NCBI GenBank assembly: GCA_900696615.1
Contig: CAADGS010000116.1
Location: forward strand, 148 to 64,147
Length of the DNA stretch: 64,000 bases
Reading direction: 5' to 3'
From: an uncultured beta proteobacterium
GTDB taxonomy: Bacteria; Pseudomonadota; Gammaproteobacteria; Burkholderiales; Nitrosomonadaceae
Shown here: positions 28,377 to 40,263 of the stretch, piece after piece
Position numbering within the stretch: the stretch's first letter is position 1
How the letters are laid out: each line of letters begins with the position of its first letter
Notes under the pieces: generated by a model
What the model saw: only the letters and a program-made list of their open reading frames with translations
Database searches by the model: none
What the model was told of the DNA's origin: nothing
Made by a program: the position numbers and the translations under genes

Positions 28377-30050
28377 ATGCCAGACAATAAACGTAGTCAA
28401 GCCATTACCCAGGGAGCGCAGCGTACGCCAAATCGAGCTATGTTACGTGCGGTTGGGTTTAGTGATGGAGATTTTAGTAAGCCAATTGTTGGCGTAGCCA
28501 ATGGCTATTCAACCATTACGCCATGCAACAAGGGATTGAATGATTTGTCATTAAAAGCGGAATCAGCATTGAGGCAAGCCGGTGCCATGCCGCAAATGTT
28601 CGGCACTATCACGGTTTCGGATGGCATTTCAATGGGTACGGAAGGTATGAAGTATTCACTGGTTTCGCGAGAGGTCATTGCCGATTCGATTGAAACTTGC
28701 GTTCAGGCTGAAAGCATGGATGGCGTGATCGCGATTGGCGGCTGCGACAAAAATATGCCGGGCGCAATGATTGCGATTGCACGTATGAATGTGCCCGCAA
28801 TTTTTGTTTATGGTGGTACGATCAAACCTGGACACTACAAAGGTCAGGATTTGACCATAGTGAGTGCATTTGAAGCAGTGGGGCAGTACAGTGCTCATAA
28901 AATCGACGACGAAGAATTGCTGCAAGTTGAACGCCATGCATGCCCCGGTGCCGGTTCTTGTGGCGGTATGTTTACTGCGAATACGATGTCATCGGCTTTT
29001 GAAGCGATGGGAATGAGCCTGCCTTTTTCTTCAACGATGTCTGCTGAAGATGATGAGAAGTTGCTGAGTGCGGGGCAATCTGCCGAAGTTTTGGTGGATG
29101 CCATCAGAAAACAAATTCTGCCGCGCGACATCATTACACGAAAATCAATTGAGAATGCTATAGCCGTGATCATGGCGGTGGGTGGTTCGACGAATGCGGT
29201 ACTGCATTTTCTGGCGATTGCACATGCTGCAGACGTCGAATTGACGATAGAAGACTTTGAGTATATTCGTGGAAAAGTGCCCGTATTGTGTGATTTGAAA
29301 CCATCCGGGCGCTATGTTACAGCCGACCTGCATCGTGCCGGCGGTATTCCGCAGGTGATGAAGTTGTTGTTAAATCATGATTTGTTGCACGGAGACTGCA
29401 TTACCATTAGCGGATTAACTATCGCTGAAATCTTAAAAAATATTCCCGATTTGCCGCGTCCCGACCAAAGTGTGATTCGCCCATGGGATCAACCGATGTA
29501 TAAGCAGGGCCACTTGGCAATTTTAAAGGGTAATCTTTCTCCCGAAGGTAGTGTGGCGAAAATTTCCGGCATCAAAAATCCGAAAATTACCGGCCCTGCA
29601 CGCGTATTTGAATCGGAAGAAACCTGCATGGCAGCGATTCTGGCGCGCAAAATTCAATCGGGCGATGTGGTGGTCATTCGTTACGAAGGCCCCAAAGGCG
29701 GTCCCGGTATGCGCGAAATGCTTTCACCAACTTCTGCATTAATTGGTGAAGGCTTGGGGGATTCCGTCGGACTAATAACGGATGGCCGTTTTTCCGGTGG
29801 TACTTATGGTATGGTGGTAGGACATGTTGCACCGGAAGCGTATGTGGGCGGAACAATTGCACTGGTGCAAGAAGGTGACTCGATCACTATTGACGCAGAA
29901 CAGCGGCTATTGCAATTAAATGTACCGGAAAATGTTTTAGCCCAGCGCCGCGCAGCGTGGCAACCGCCCCAGCCGCGCTATACGCGTGGCGTGCTGGCCA
30001 AATACGCAAAATTGGTATCCAGTGCAAGTCTAGGCGCGATCACGGATTAA
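28377..30050 (+). CDS. ilvD: Dihydroxy-acid dehydratase
   Basis: 557 aa. [25 protein letters not shown] and TDGRFSGGT motifs. Confidence 0.95.
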   Translation: MPDNKRSQAITQGAQRTPNRAMLRAVGFSDGDFSKPIVGVANGYSTITPCNKGLNDLSLKAESALRQAGAMPQMFGTITVSDGISMGTEGMKYSLVSREVIADSIETCVQAESMDGVIAIGGCDKNMPGAMIAIARMNVPAIFVYGGTIKPGHYKGQDLTIVSAFEAVGQYSAHKIDDEELLQVERHACPGAGSCGGMFTANTMSSAFEAMGMSLPFSSTMSAEDDEKLLSAGQSAEVLVDAIRKQILPRDIITRKSIENAIAVIMAVGGSTNAVLHFLAIAHAADVELTIEDFEYIRGKVPVLCDLKPSGRYVTADLHRAGGIPQVMKLLLNHDLLHGDCITISGLTIAEILKNIPDLPRPDQSVIRPWDQPMYKQGHLAILKGNLSPEGSVAKISGIKNPKITGPARVFESEETCMAAILARKIQSGDVVVIRYEGPKGGPGMREMLSPTSALIGEGLGDSVGLITDGRFSGGTYGMVVGHVAPEAYVGGTIALVQEGDSITIDAEQRLLQLNVPENVLAQRRAAWQPPQPRYTRGVLAKYAKLVSSASLGAITD

Positions 30051-30066
30051 TCGTTTACCCTTCCTG

Positions 30067-32163
30067 ATGGATTCTGAAATGACTAATCATCTTAGCAGTG
30101 AAACCAGTCCATATTTGTTGCAACATTCCGGCAATCCGGTGGACTGGTATCCCTGGGGTGAGCAAGCCCTCGATTTGGCGCGTACGCAAAATAAACCGAT
30201 TTTACTGTCAATTGGTTACTCAGCTTGTCATTGGTGCCACGTCATGGCGCATGAATCGTTCGAGAATACGGAAGTGGCTGCCGTGATGAACGAGCATTTC
30301 ATCAATATCAAAGTAGACCGGGAAGAACGCCCGGATATTGATCAGATTTATCAAACCGCGCATTACATTATGAATCATCGCAGTGGCGGTTGGCCGCTGA
30401 CGATGTTTTTGACGCCTGAGCAAAAGCCTTATTTTGGCGGTACATATTTTCCGCTGCAGCCGCGTTATGGTTTGCCGGGATTTTTGGAATTATTACCTCG
30501 AGTTGCCGAGGCTTATTACACGCGAAGTAAAGACATTGAGAAGCAAGGCAGGGTATTGTTGACGTTGATGAATCAAACGCTGCCTGATAATCAACGTTCC
30601 TCAACCGAGCAATTCTCAGCAGCGTTATTAACACAAGCGATCCAGCATCTGGAAGAGCAATTTGATCCTGTTTATGGCGGTTTTGGGCAGGCTCCGAAAT
30701 TTCTTCATCCCGCCGAATTGACTTTTTGCTTACACCAGTATTTTAAAGCCCAAAATACCAAAGCATTGCAGATGACGGTTTTTACCTTGGAAAAAATGGC
30801 CACTGGCGGCATTTATGATCAATTAGGCGGCGGCTTCTATCGTTATAGTACCGACGGTTATTGGTGTATTCCACATTTTGAAAAAATGCTGTACGACAAT
30901 GGCCCATTACTGCATCTGTATACCACGGCCTGGCTGGCCACAAACAATCCATTATTCAAACAAATTGTCTCAGATACTGCGCAATGGGTCATACGGGAAA
31001 TGCAATCCGATAGATCGGATGAAGGGGGTTATTATTCAACACTGGATGCCGATTCAGAGCATGAAGAAGGTAAATATTATGTTTGGGATCGCGATGAGAT
31101 TGCTCAAGTTTTAACTGCCGAGGAATTTGCAGTGATTGCGCCTTATTATGGGTTATCTCAGGCACCTAATTTTGAGCAGAAACTATGGAATCTGGTAATT
31201 ACAACTGATCTTGTGGAAATTGCACAACGCCTTGACATTACACTGGATCAAGCACTGAGAACCTTACTGTCTGGGCGCACCAAATTGCAGGCAATTCGTG
31301 CGCGTCGTGTTCGACCGGGACGCGACGAGAAAATTCTGGTCAGCTGGAATGGTTTGATGATCAAAGGGATGGCGCATGCAGGGAGGATATTCGGTCAAGT
31401 GGCATGGATCCAATCGGCGCAACGTGCAGCTGATTTTATTCGTACAATGCTTTGGAAAAATAACCGTTTGCTCGCTACTTATAAAGATGGCAAAGCGCAT
31501 TTAAATGCCTATCTTGACGATTACGTATTTTTGTTAGATGGGTTACTAGAGTTAATGCAGACTGAATTTCGGATAGACGATTTGGAGTTTTCCACCGCAC
31601 TGGCGGAAGTTCTACTGGAACAATTTGAAGATCGGCAAAATGGTGGATTTTATTTCACTAGCCACGATCATGAGCAACTGATTCATCGTCCCAAACCTGT
31701 TTACGACAATGCTATGGCATCTGGAAATGGAATGGTGGCAATTGTATTACAACGTTTAGGTCTTCTTTTGAGTGAGCCTCGTTATCTCCAGGCAGCCGAA
31801 CGGACGATTCGCTTGTTTTATCCCATGATGTCAACACAATTGAACGGATATTGTAGTTTACTGACTGCAATGGATGAAACGTTATTTCCGCCGGTAATGA
31901 TTATCTTGCGAGGTCATTCTGATGAAATGGTAATATGGCAGTACACAATCCAACGACAATTTCCGCAAATGTTTGTCTTGACTTTTTCTTCGGAACTAAT
32001 TAATTTGCCGCCCAGTCTTAGCAAAGCCGTTTCTACAGAGGCAGCGGTTGATTCTGTAAGAGCTTGGGTATGTACGGTGGCTGGTTGTATGCCGGAAATA
32101 ACAAATTTGCAGGATTTGCTGCAGATATGTAAAGTTCAAGGTAGAATAAGTAACCTTTTATAA
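30067..32163 (+). CDS. Thioredoxin-domain protein of the DUF255/YyaL family
   Basis: [32 protein letters not shown] (CxxC) and [11 protein letters not shown] long alpha/alpha-toroid-like C-terminal region follows. Confidence 0.85.
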   Translation: MDSEMTNHLSSETSPYLLQHSGNPVDWYPWGEQALDLARTQNKPILLSIGYSACHWCHVMAHESFENTEVAAVMNEHFINIKVDREERPDIDQIYQTAHYIMNHRSGGWPLTMFLTPEQKPYFGGTYFPLQPRYGLPGFLELLPRVAEAYYTRSKDIEKQGRVLLTLMNQTLPDNQRSSTEQFSAALLTQAIQHLEEQFDPVYGGFGQAPKFLHPAELTFCLHQYFKAQNTKALQMTVFTLEKMATGGIYDQLGGGFYRYSTDGYWCIPHFEKMLYDNGPLLHLYTTAWLATNNPLFKQIVSDTAQWVIREMQSDRSDEGGYYSTLDADSEHEEGKYYVWDRDEIAQVLTAEEFAVIAPYYGLSQAPNFEQKLWNLVITTDLVEIAQRLDITLDQALRTLLSGRTKLQAIRARRVRPGRDEKILVSWNGLMIKGMAHAGRIFGQVAWIQSAQRAADFIRTMLWKNNRLLATYKDGKAHLNAYLDDYVFLLDGLLELMQTEFRIDDLEFSTALAEVLLEQFEDRQNGGFYFTSHDHEQLIHRPKPVYDNAMASGNGMVAIVLQRLGLLLSEPRYLQAAERTIRLFYPMMSTQLNGYCSLLTAMDETLFPPVMIILRGHSDEMVIWQYTIQRQFPQMFVLTFSSELINLPPSLSKAVSTEAAVDSVRAWVCTVAGCMPEITNLQDLLQICKVQGRISNLL

Positions 32164-32184
32164 TTTTAATAAGGAAAAAAATTT

Positions 32185-32505
32185 ATGAGAAAAGTACTAA
32201 TAGGAGCATTCGCAGCATCAGCCATTTTATTAGCCGGTGGTGCACAAGCAAGCGCAGAACTTGCAAAAAATAGTGGCTGCCTGAACTGCCACAATGTAGA
32301 TACCAAATTAGTAGGACCAGCCCTGAAAGATATCGCCGCTAAATATGCCGATCAGGCTGACGCTTCTGACTATCTGACTGACAAAATCATTAAAGGAAGT
32401 AATGGTGTTTGGGGTCAGGTGCCAATGCCACCAAAAGGCGGCAGTGCAACTTTAACGGATGCCGATGCTAAAGTATTGGCAGACTTTATTCTGACACTGA
32501 AGTAA
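32185..32505 (+). CDS. Class I c-type cytochrome, cytochrome c-552/c-551 (c8) family
   Basis: Signal peptide. CLNCH haem site. VGPALKDIAAKYA...GVWGQVPMPP...DADAKVLADFILTLK closely resembles Nitrosomonas europaea cytochrome c-552 as I recall it. Confidence 0.85.
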   Translation: MRKVLIGAFAASAILLAGGAQASAELAKNSGCLNCHNVDTKLVGPALKDIAAKYADQADASDYLTDKIIKGSNGVWGQVPMPPKGGSATLTDADAKVLADFILTLK

Positions 32506-32521
32506 TTCGTAATCATTGCAG

Positions 32522-32553
32522 AAAAGCCGACGCCTAACAACGTCGGCTTTTTT
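32522..32553 (+). terminator. Rho-independent terminator after the cytochrome c gene
   Basis: AAAAGCCGACG-(8 nt loop)-CGTCGGCTTTT followed by TT. Confidence 0.8.
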
Positions 32554-32602
32554 ATTGATGTGATATTTTGGCAATGAGGGCTTAAGGTTTACCGGAGGAA
32601 GA

Positions 32603-33019
32603 ATGAAAACACGAATTACTTGGAAAGGAAGTGTCAGTTTTTTAGCCGAATCCGGCAGCGGCCATTCGGTTCTGATGGACGGTGCGCCGGAAGCAGGCGG
32701 ACAAAACCTCGGACCGCGTCCGATGGAAATGATGTTGATAGGATTGGGCGGTTGCACCAGTTTCGATGTCGTGCATATTCTTAAAAAAGGTCGTCAGGAT
32801 ATTAAAGATTGCGTGGTTGAAATCGAAGCCGAACGTGCGCCGGTGAATCCGAAAGTATTTACCCATATCCATCTGCACTTCATTATCACCGGGAATAACT
32901 TGAGTGCACAGCAAGTCGAACGTGCAATAACTCTCTCATCAGAAAAATATTGCTCCGCATCGATCATGCTTAAAAATACCGTTAAGATCACGCACGATTT
33001 TGAAATCGTTAACTTGTAG
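32603..33019 (+). CDS. OsmC/Ohr-family peroxiredoxin-like protein
   Basis: 138 aa. GLGGCTSFDV and SSEKYCSAS conserved cysteine motifs. Confidence 0.85.
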   Translation: MKTRITWKGSVSFLAESGSGHSVLMDGAPEAGGQNLGPRPMEMMLIGLGGCTSFDVVHILKKGRQDIKDCVVEIEAERAPVNPKVFTHIHLHFIITGNNLSAQQVERAITLSSEKYCSASIMLKNTVKITHDFEIVNL

Positions 33020-33381
33020 ATTTGAGAAAGATGTTTGAGCAATTTATTGCATCAAGTAAATTTGTTGACGGCAAAATAAAAAATAGTGGAAGGTAAGTAC
33101 AAGTAATAAATACAATAATTAGGTACATAACAATTAGATCAACCTGCTGCCTCCAAAATGCTGAACCTCCCAGTGATTTTTTAGTACCACGCCGTAATGG
33201 TCATATTTCCTATCGATCTGTTTATTAATTTCATAATTTGTTGCGATGCATGTCCTGTTTTCTCTAAACAATACAACCGTTGTCTTTCAGTCTTGGCCGC
33301 TTGTGTGTGCGTTATGTCTATGAAAGCCAGCTATCAGTCATCGAATCGATCATCCAGAAACGGTATGTTTGTGTCATGACG

Positions 33382-34908
33382 CTAGTTTGCTGCGTAAATC
33401 CACTCATTCAACAGCAATCGTGCTAAGTCTATGATATCCGCCGCAGCCATTCCCACCATCCCTCGATGCTGTTGTACCCATCGATCCGCCGCTGCGCCGT
33501 GCAGATAAACCGCAAGTAGTAACGCTTGATCTGGATGCAAACCTTGCGCAATCAGTGCGCCGATAATGCCGGTTAGTACATCGCCGGTTCCGGCAGTACT
33601 GAGTGCGGGGTTGCCGCTGGTGTTGAGGTAGCGTTTGCCATCTGAAAAACAGCAGATGCTGCCGGCGCCTTTTAATATTAAATGGCAATTGAATCGTTGT
33701 GCGAGCTGCAGTGCGGCATTTATGCGATTATGCTGTACGGCGGTGGTATCTGTTTTCAACAGACGAGCAGCTTCAGCGGGATGAGGTGTCAAAATGGCGG
33801 GAGCTTTACGCAGACTAAGTATTTTCGCTAGATTCGTGTGTTGTGCGATCAGATTGAGTGCGTCTGCATCCAACACTAAGATATATTCGCTTGTCAGTGC
33901 ATCTTCAAGATACGATAGTGCGGTGGCAGATTGACCTAAGCCTGGGCCTACAACCAGGCAATGCAAGGGATTTAGCGTGAATATCTCGGATGGTACGCGT
34001 AACATTAATTCCGGTTGTGAAAAGTCAACTGCAGGTGTATTGTCTGCCAACAAACCTAGATATACGCGTCCCGCTCCCAACCGCAAAGCTGACCGGCCGG
34101 CCAGCAATGCTGCACCAACCATGCCGGTAGAGCCGCCCAGTATTGCAACATTGCCGAAAGATCCCTTGTGACTGTTAGCGGAGCGGGGTGGCGGCAGCAG
34201 AGTATGCGCCAACGTATCATTCATAAGCCAGGCTTGTGGTTCAGGCGGGTTGAGTAAGCGGATATCAAGGTCGCACAGCACGACCGTGCCGCAACATTCG
34301 GGTCCGTAGTTAGTAAATAGGCCGGCTTTATAGCCAATGAAAGTTATGGTAGTTGTCGCACGAATAGCAGTGCCGTATATGCAACCGTCGTCACTGCCTA
34401 ATCCGGAGGGAATATCGAGTGCTGCAATCGGCACATGCATCTGATTGACGGTATCGATCCATTCCCGGTATTTGCCCGTAATGGGGCGATTTTGTGATTG
34501 ATCCAAGCCGATACCGAACAAACCATCGACAATCATATCCCAGTTTTTATCACCGTTAGGTATATAGGAGGAAATTTCACCGCCAATATCAAGCCAGGAC
34601 TGGATGGCCTGTTTGGCATCTGATGGTGCGCATTTTGGGTCACCGCTGAATACTACTGCTATGGTATTGCCCCATTCCTTTAGATAGCGTGCCACGACGA
34701 AGCCATCCCCTCCATTATTACCCGGACCAGCGAGCACTAAAATGCAACATTTCGATTTTCTAAGTAATTGGTCACGGATAATTTGTGCCGCTGCCAGTCC
34801 GGCTTTCTCCATTAAGCGCGGAGGCTTGGGCAGTATGGCCGCTTGGTGTTCAATTTCACGTATTTCCGCAGTCAAATAAACGGGGTTGGCAGTCATGATA
34901 ATGCTCAC
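33382..34908 (-). CDS. nnr: Bifunctional NAD(P)H-hydrate repair enzyme (epimerase/dehydratase)
   Basis: N-terminal YjeF_N (AGPGNNGGDG) and C-terminal carbohydrate-kinase domain (GSFGNVAILGG, TAGTGDVLTG). Confidence 0.9.
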   Translation of the reverse strand: MSIIMTANPVYLTAEIREIEHQAAILPKPPRLMEKAGLAAAQIIRDQLLRKSKCCILVLAGPGNNGGDGFVVARYLKEWGNTIAVVFSGDPKCAPSDAKQAIQSWLDIGGEISSYIPNGDKNWDMIVDGLFGIGLDQSQNRPITGKYREWIDTVNQMHVPIAALDIPSGLGSDDGCIYGTAIRATTTITFIGYKAGLFTNYGPECCGTVVLCDLDIRLLNPPEPQAWLMNDTLAHTLLPPPRSANSHKGSFGNVAILGGSTGMVGAALLAGRSALRLGAGRVYLGLLADNTPAVDFSQPELMLRVPSEIFTLNPLHCLVVGPGLGQSATALSYLEDALTSEYILVLDADALNLIAQHTNLAKILSLRKAPAILTPHPAEAARLLKTDTTAVQHNRINAALQLAQRFNCHLILKGAGSICCFSDGKRYLNTSGNPALSTAGTGDVLTGIIGALIAQGLHPDQALLLAVYLHGAAADRWVQQHRGMVGMAAADIIDLARLLLNEWIYAAN

Positions 34909-34984
34909 ATTGGTGGGATGATCGGTGATAAGTACATCTTCTCGTGTAAAATTGCAATCTTTACTAATCGCTTTATTTCTTCTG

Positions 34985-37900
34985 ATGCTTCAATTTTGTG
35001 GTGGACGCGCGCTTTCTCCGTTTCGTCTGGAAAAATTAATCAAACAAATTAGAATGTTGGGTTTTCCGGTATCGCAGCTTACGGCTGAATATTGGCATTT
35101 TTGCGCGATGACGCAGGATTTGAAGGATGCTGAATTGAGCGCCTTACGCAAGCTTCTGAATCACGATGAAGTACCGGAAAATATCCATCATCCCGGTGAG
35201 CTTTTTTTAGTGCTGCCGCGACCGGGCACGATTTCTCCATGGTCGACAAAAGCTACCGATATTGCGCATCACTGTGGATTATTGGCTGTGGAGCGCATCG
35301 AGCGCGGAATTGCATATCATATTCAATGCGATAATAAACTGTCAGTTGAAGACAAAACACGGCTCAAGCCGTTACTGTATGACCGCATGACCGAAGCGGT
35401 TTTTGCAACATTCGAGGATGCCGGGCAATTGTTTCTGCATTTCGAGCCAAAACCGCTCAATACCATTGATGTGATGCAAGGGGGTATCGAAGCGCTGCAA
35501 CAAGCGAATCAAGCGATGGGATTGGCGCTATCGGTGGATGAAATCAGCTATCTGGTTTTTCATTTTCAACAAATGGCGCGCAATCCTACCGATGTTGAAT
35601 TGATGATGTTCGCGCAAGCCAATTCCGAGCATTGCCGTCATAAAATATTCAACGCGGATTGGATAGTGGATGGCAAATCGCAGGATAAGTCGCTGTTTGC
35701 GATGATTCGCAATACGCATCAAATGCACCCGCAAGGCACACTGGTGGCCTATTCCGATAATGCCAGTATCATTGAAGGTGCGGATATCGACAGATTTTAC
35801 GCAAGTGACGGACAGATTTATGGTTACGCGCAAGAAAAAACACATATCTTGATGAAAGTGGAGACGCATAATCATCCAACCGCCATTTCTCCATTCCCCG
35901 GGGCAGCAACCGGTGTCGGGGGCGAAATCCGTGATGAAGGCGCAACCGGACGTGGCGCGAAACCGAAAGCCGGATTATGTGGTTTCTCGGTATCCAATCT
36001 GAACATTCCATTTTTTGTGCAACCGTGGGAATGCAATCGAGCCGATGGTCAATCGACCTATGGCAAGCCCGGCCGTGTTGCATCGGCATTGCAAATCATG
36101 CTGGAAGGGCCGATAGGCGGCGCGGCATTTAATAATGAATTCGGACGCCCGAATCTGGCAGGGTACTTTCGCACATTTGAAGAGCGTGTGGCAGGGGAAA
36201 TGCGCGGTTATCACAAGCCGATTATGCTGGCTGGCGGTATCGGGCAAATTTCAGATGTTCATGTGCATAAGCAAAAATTTCCGGCAGGTGCGCTGCTGAT
36301 TCAATTGGGCGGGCCGGGTATGCTGATCGGATTAGGCGGTGGCGCAGCATCCAGTATGGACACCGGCAGCAATCTCGAAGCGCTGGATTATGATTCGGTG
36401 CAGCGTGGCAATCCGGAAATGCAGCGGCGCGCGCAGGAAGTAATCGACCGTTGCTGGCAGTCGCAAAAAAGCGGGGTTGAAAACCCGATTTTATCCATTC
36501 ATGATGTAGGCGCGGGTGGTTTGTCCAATGCGTTTCCAGAGTTGGTTTATGACTCCGGATGTGGCGGGCGTTTCAATTTGCGCGCTATTCCGTCGGAAGA
36601 AACCAGTATGTCACCGATGCAAATCTGGAGCAATGAAGCGCAGGAACGTTACGTGTTGGCGATTAAACCGGAGTCTCTATCGCTATTTCAGCGTATTTGT
36701 GAGCGCGAGCGCTGTCCGTTTGCTGTGGTCGGTGAAGCTACCAGCGATGAGCAATTGCTTGTGATGGATCAGCAATCAGCGATACCGCCAGTCGATATGC
36801 CATTGCCGGTGCTACTTGGCAAGCCGCCGAAAATGACGCGCGAGGTAACGCGTATCGATCGGATATTGCCATCGCTCGATTGGTCCGGAGTGAATTTGAC
36901 AGAAGCTGCGTACCGGGTGTTGCGCTTGCCCGCAGTGGCTGACAAGACCTTTCTGATAACGATTGGCGATCGTAGCGTGGGCGGTTTGTCGGTGCGCGAT
37001 CAAATGGTCGGGCCTTGGCAAATCCCAGTTGCCGATGCCGCGGTGACGAGCATGGGATTTCAAACGTATTTAGGTGAGGCATTCGCCATAGGCGAACGCA
37101 CGCCGCTTGCGCTCATTGATCAGAAAGCCGCTGCCCGCATGGCGGTGGGAGAGGCTATTACCAATATTGCTGCGGCAGCGATCGGGCGAATTGAAGCGAT
37201 TAAATTGTCGGCAAACTGGATGGCTGCAGCCGGACATGTGGGTGAAGATGCCGGACTATACGATGCGGTGCATACCGTTGGCATGGAATTATGTCCACAA
37301 CTGGGCATCAGTATTCCGGTCGGTAAAGACTCGATGTCGATGAAAACCGCTTGGGAGCAATCAGGGGAGAGCAAGCAAGTAACTGCACCGCTTTCGCTGA
37401 TCGTCTCGGCTTTTGCCGCGGTGACGGATGTACGCAATTCGTTAACACCGCAGTTGCGTACCGATTGCGGCGATACTGAGTTGATTTTGATCGACTTGGG
37501 GTTGGGGCAGAATCGCTTGGGCGGATCGGCGTTGGCGCAAGTGTACAAGCAAGTCGGCAATCATGCGCCAAATATCAATGGCGAGGCAGGTGCGCAGAAA
37601 CTCAAAGCATTTTTTACAGTAATCCAGCAGCTCAACCAAGAAAATAAATTGCTGGCTTATCACGACCGTTCCGATGGCGGTTTATTCGTGACGTTGTGTG
37701 AAATGGCATTTGCCGGGCACACCGGCATCACCGTGAATTTGGATCAATTGTGTTTCGATACGCAGGGTAGCGATATTGACGGCTCTGAATTGCGCCCTGA
37801 ACAACTGAGCGGACGTTTTCTGGAGCGTTTGCTCGCAGTCTTGTTCAACGAGGAATTAGGCGCAGTGGTGCAAGTCAGAACTGAGCACCGTCAGGCGGTG

Positions 37901-38974
37901 ATGCAAATTCTGGCACAGGCAGGATTGCGCGATCATAGTTTTATCATCGGGAAGCCTAATACAACCGATGATATTCGTTTAATGCGCAATAACAAGGCTG
38001 TATTGGCGGAAAAACGCATAGTTTTGCAGCGGGCTTGGTCAGAAACCACGTATCACATGCAATCTTTGCGTGATAATCCGGAATGTGCACAGCAAGAATT
38101 TGATCGTATTCTGGATACCGAAGATCCCGGTTTGCAAATTGTGCTGAGTTACGATGCGCATGACGATATCGCCATGCCTTTCATTCAAACCAGTGCACGT
38201 CCCCGCATGGCCATATTGCGCGAACAGGGTGTGAATGGCCATATGGAAATGGCGGCAGCTTTTGATCGTGCCGGGTTTCTCGCTGTTGATGTGCACATGA
38301 GCGATATTATCGCAGGACGTATTTCCTTAAAGGATTTTAAAGGCTTTGCCGCTTGCGGCGGATTTTCTTATGGCGATGTGTTGGGCGCGGGTGAAGGTTG
38401 GGCCAAGTCGATTTTATTTAATCCACGCGCACGGGATGAATTTGCAGCATTTTTTCAGCGTGGCGATACCTTTGCGCTAGGTGTATGCAACGGTTGCCAG
38501 ATGATGAGCAATTTATATGAAATCATACCTGGCGCGGAACGGTGGCCACGCTTTAAGCGCAATGTCTCGGAGCAATTTGAAGCGCGATTGGTCATGGTGG
38601 AAGTACAAAAAAGCCCATCACTATTTTTTGATGGTATGACAGGAAGCCGGATGCCGATAACGGTTGCACATGGTGAAGGCAGGGTTGAATTTTCTTCCGT
38701 TCAACCTGACAATGCGGATGCGCTGGTTACGCTGCGCTATGTCGATAACTACGGGCAAGTTACTGAGAAATATCCCTTTAATCCGAATGGATCGTTGTTG
38801 GGTATAACAGGACTTACCACTTCGGATGGCCGTTTTAATGTATTGATGCCGCATCCGGAGCGTGTGTTCCGTATGACACAGCATTCCTGGTATCCTCCGA
38901 AATCAAGAGCCGATGCAATGGAAGACGGTCCCTGGATGCGCTTGTTCCGCAATGCGCGTAAATGGGTGGGGTAA
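34985..38974 (+). CDS. purL: Phosphoribosylformylglycinamidine synthase (large single-chain form)
   Basis: [14 protein letters not shown]-terminus, [11 protein letters not shown], and C-terminal GATase ([12 protein letters not shown]). Start moved to ATG 34985 because the longer ORF-track N-terminus has no PurL counterpart. Confidence 0.95.
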   Translation: MLQFCGGRALSPFRLEKLIKQIRMLGFPVSQLTAEYWHFCAMTQDLKDAELSALRKLLNHDEVPENIHHPGELFLVLPRPGTISPWSTKATDIAHHCGLLAVERIERGIAYHIQCDNKLSVEDKTRLKPLLYDRMTEAVFATFEDAGQLFLHFEPKPLNTIDVMQGGIEALQQANQAMGLALSVDEISYLVFHFQQMARNPTDVELMMFAQANSEHCRHKIFNADWIVDGKSQDKSLFAMIRNTHQMHPQGTLVAYSDNASIIEGADIDRFYASDGQIYGYAQEKTHILMKVETHNHPTAISPFPGAATGVGGEIRDEGATGRGAKPKAGLCGFSVSNLNIPFFVQPWECNRADGQSTYGKPGRVASALQIMLEGPIGGAAFNNEFGRPNLAGYFRTFEERVAGEMRGYHKPIMLAGGIGQISDVHVHKQKFPAGALLIQLGGPGMLIGLGGGAASSMDTGSNLEALDYDSVQRGNPEMQRRAQEVIDRCWQSQKSGVENPILSIHDVGAGGLSNAFPELVYDSGCGGRFNLRAIPSEETSMSPMQIWSNEAQERYVLAIKPESLSLFQRICERERCPFAVVGEATSDEQLLVMDQQSAIPPVDMPLPVLLGKPPKMTREVTRIDRILPSLDWSGVNLTEAAYRVLRLPAVADKTFLITIGDRSVGGLSVRDQMVGPWQIPVADAAVTSMGFQTYLGEAFAIGERTPLALIDQKAAARMAVGEAITNIAAAAIGRIEAIKLSANWMAAAGHVGEDAGLYDAVHTVGMELCPQLGISIPVGKDSMSMKTAWEQSGESKQVTAPLSLIVSAFAAVTDVRNSLTPQLRTDCGDTELILIDLGLGQNRLGGSALAQVYKQVGNHAPNINGEAGAQKLKAFFTVIQQLNQENKLLAYHDRSDGGLFVTLCEMAFAGHTGITVNLDQLCFDTQGSDIDGSELRPEQLSGRFLERLLAVLFNEELGAVVQVRTEHRQAVMQILAQAGLRDHSFIIGKPNTTDDIRLMRNNKAVLAEKRIVLQRAWSETTYHMQSLRDNPECAQQEFDRILDTEDPGLQIVLSYDAHDDIAMPFIQTSARPRMAILREQGVNGHMEMAAAFDRAGFLAVDVHMSDIIAGRISLKDFKGFAACGGFSYGDVLGAGEGWAKSILFNPRARDEFAAFFQRGDTFALGVCNGCQMMSNLYEIIPGAERWPRFKRNVSEQFEARLVMVEVQKSPSLFFDGMTGSRMPITVAHGEGRVEFSSVQPDNADALVTLRYVDNYGQVTEKYPFNPNGSLLGITGLTTSDGRFNVLMPHPERVFRMTQHSWYPPKSRADAMEDGPWMRLFRNARKWVG

Positions 38975-39010
38975 TTTGTTAATTATTCGATTATTGAGGG
39001 CTTGATAAAA

Positions 39011-40240
39011 ATGACAAATTTAGGCAAGGACCGAACGAACAGAATTGCCAAGGTAGCGTTACTGTTGTTGGGCATGAGTTATTGCTATGGTGCATGGGCA
39101 AGCATCATACCTGCGAAAAAACCTGAACCTAAGCACTGCGTTGCATTAGGAAGCTGGGTGATCCCCGGCGTTGGCGAAACGACACAACGAGAAGTGATAG
39201 TGCAAGCCAGTAAAGCATCAGTCGTATTATTAGGTGAAACGCATGTGAATGCGGATCATCATCGCTGGCAATTGCAGACACTGGCGGCCTTACATGCCAT
39301 GCGCCCCAATATGGTAATCGGTTTTGAAATGTTTCCACGCCGGGTACAGGCAGTTCTGGATAAATGGGTTGCGGGAGAATTGTCTGAAAGCGAATTTTTA
39401 CGCGCCTCCGAATGGAATTTTGTTTGGAACACGGATGCCAATCTGTATTTGCCGCTATTTCATTTTGCACGCATGAATCGCATACCGATGCGGGCGTTGA
39501 ATATTGAAACGAATTTGCGACGGCAAGTAGCCGAAAAAGGTTTTTATGGTATTCCCGTCGAGGAAAGGGAAGGGTTAACTTATCCTGCAGAACCAAGCCA
39601 GGCTTACATCGAATATCTATTACCTATTTACAAGCAGCATGATCGGAAAGACAGGAAAGCGGGAGAAATTGCATACGATGATCCGGATTTCAGACGATTT
39701 ATAGCCGGACAGCAATTATGGGATCGTGCCATGGCGCAAATCCTTCAGCAGGCTGTGGCTGAATCGGTGGCAAATAAACCGCTGGTTGTCGGTATCATGG
39801 GTACCGGTCATGTATTGCATGGTTTTGGTGTAACGCATCAGTTGCGTGATCTGGGAATTAAGCATGTCGCAGCATTGCTGCCGTGGGATAGCGATAAATC
39901 GTGCAAGCAACTTGTAGCAGGCGTGGCTGACGCAGTGTTTGGTGTATTACCTCACGTTTCCGCGGCAAGCCGGCCTCAGTTTCAGCGGCTGGGCATACGC
40001 TATGAAATGGGCAGAGGCGGGGCTGTAATATTACAAGTGGAAAAAAATAGCATAGCGGAACAAGCCGAATTGAAGGATTCCGATGTGATTATCGAAATGG
40101 CGGGTGAGCCGATTAAGACAATGGAGGATGTGATCACGATCGTGAAGCGCCAAGCATCCGGTACCTGGTTGCCTATCAAAATCAAGAGAGAAGGTGCGGA
40201 AATGGAGATTATCGCTAAGTTTCCGGCAATAAGAACTTAA
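39011..40240 (+). CDS. Exported ChaN/Tiki-superfamily (Cofac_haem_bdg-like) protein with C-terminal PDZ domain
   Basis: Signal peptide. VLLGETHVNADHHRWQ (GxxH) and IMGTGHVLHG motifs. C-terminal GAVILQVEKNSIAEQAELKDSDVIIEMAG...I is PDZ-like. Confidence 0.7.
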   Translation: MTNLGKDRTNRIAKVALLLLGMSYCYGAWASIIPAKKPEPKHCVALGSWVIPGVGETTQREVIVQASKASVVLLGETHVNADHHRWQLQTLAALHAMRPNMVIGFEMFPRRVQAVLDKWVAGELSESEFLRASEWNFVWNTDANLYLPLFHFARMNRIPMRALNIETNLRRQVAEKGFYGIPVEEREGLTYPAEPSQAYIEYLLPIYKQHDRKDRKAGEIAYDDPDFRRFIAGQQLWDRAMAQILQQAVAESVANKPLVVGIMGTGHVLHGFGVTHQLRDLGIKHVAALLPWDSDKSCKQLVAGVADAVFGVLPHVSAASRPQFQRLGIRYEMGRGGAVILQVEKNSIAEQAELKDSDVIIEMAGEPIKTMEDVITIVKRQASGTWLPIKIKREGAEMEIIAKFPAIRT

Positions 40241-40263
40241 ATAGCGGGTATGAATCGGTAGCC

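Noticed and set aside
34925-34984. Longer purL start at 34925 from the ORF track (and similar long N-terminal extensions for MBL 1795, TauE 4873, FGGY 10508, rpmB 57209, S8 44204 and desaturase 58970)
   Set aside because: The extensions have no counterpart in the protein families, overlap upstream genes, or use TTG where an ATG with a Shine-Dalgarno or a signal peptide lies just downstream.
35528-38952. Numerous 60-150-aa antisense or out-of-frame ORFs inside purL (for example 35528-35875, 36738-37082, 37120-37560)
   Set aside because: They overlap a gene with an unambiguous PurL translation. Their products are Arg/Cys/His-rich junk typical of shadow frames. The same reasoning applies to shadow ORFs inside ppsA, glpD, sqr, ilvD, coaBC, pycB and the RTX gene.
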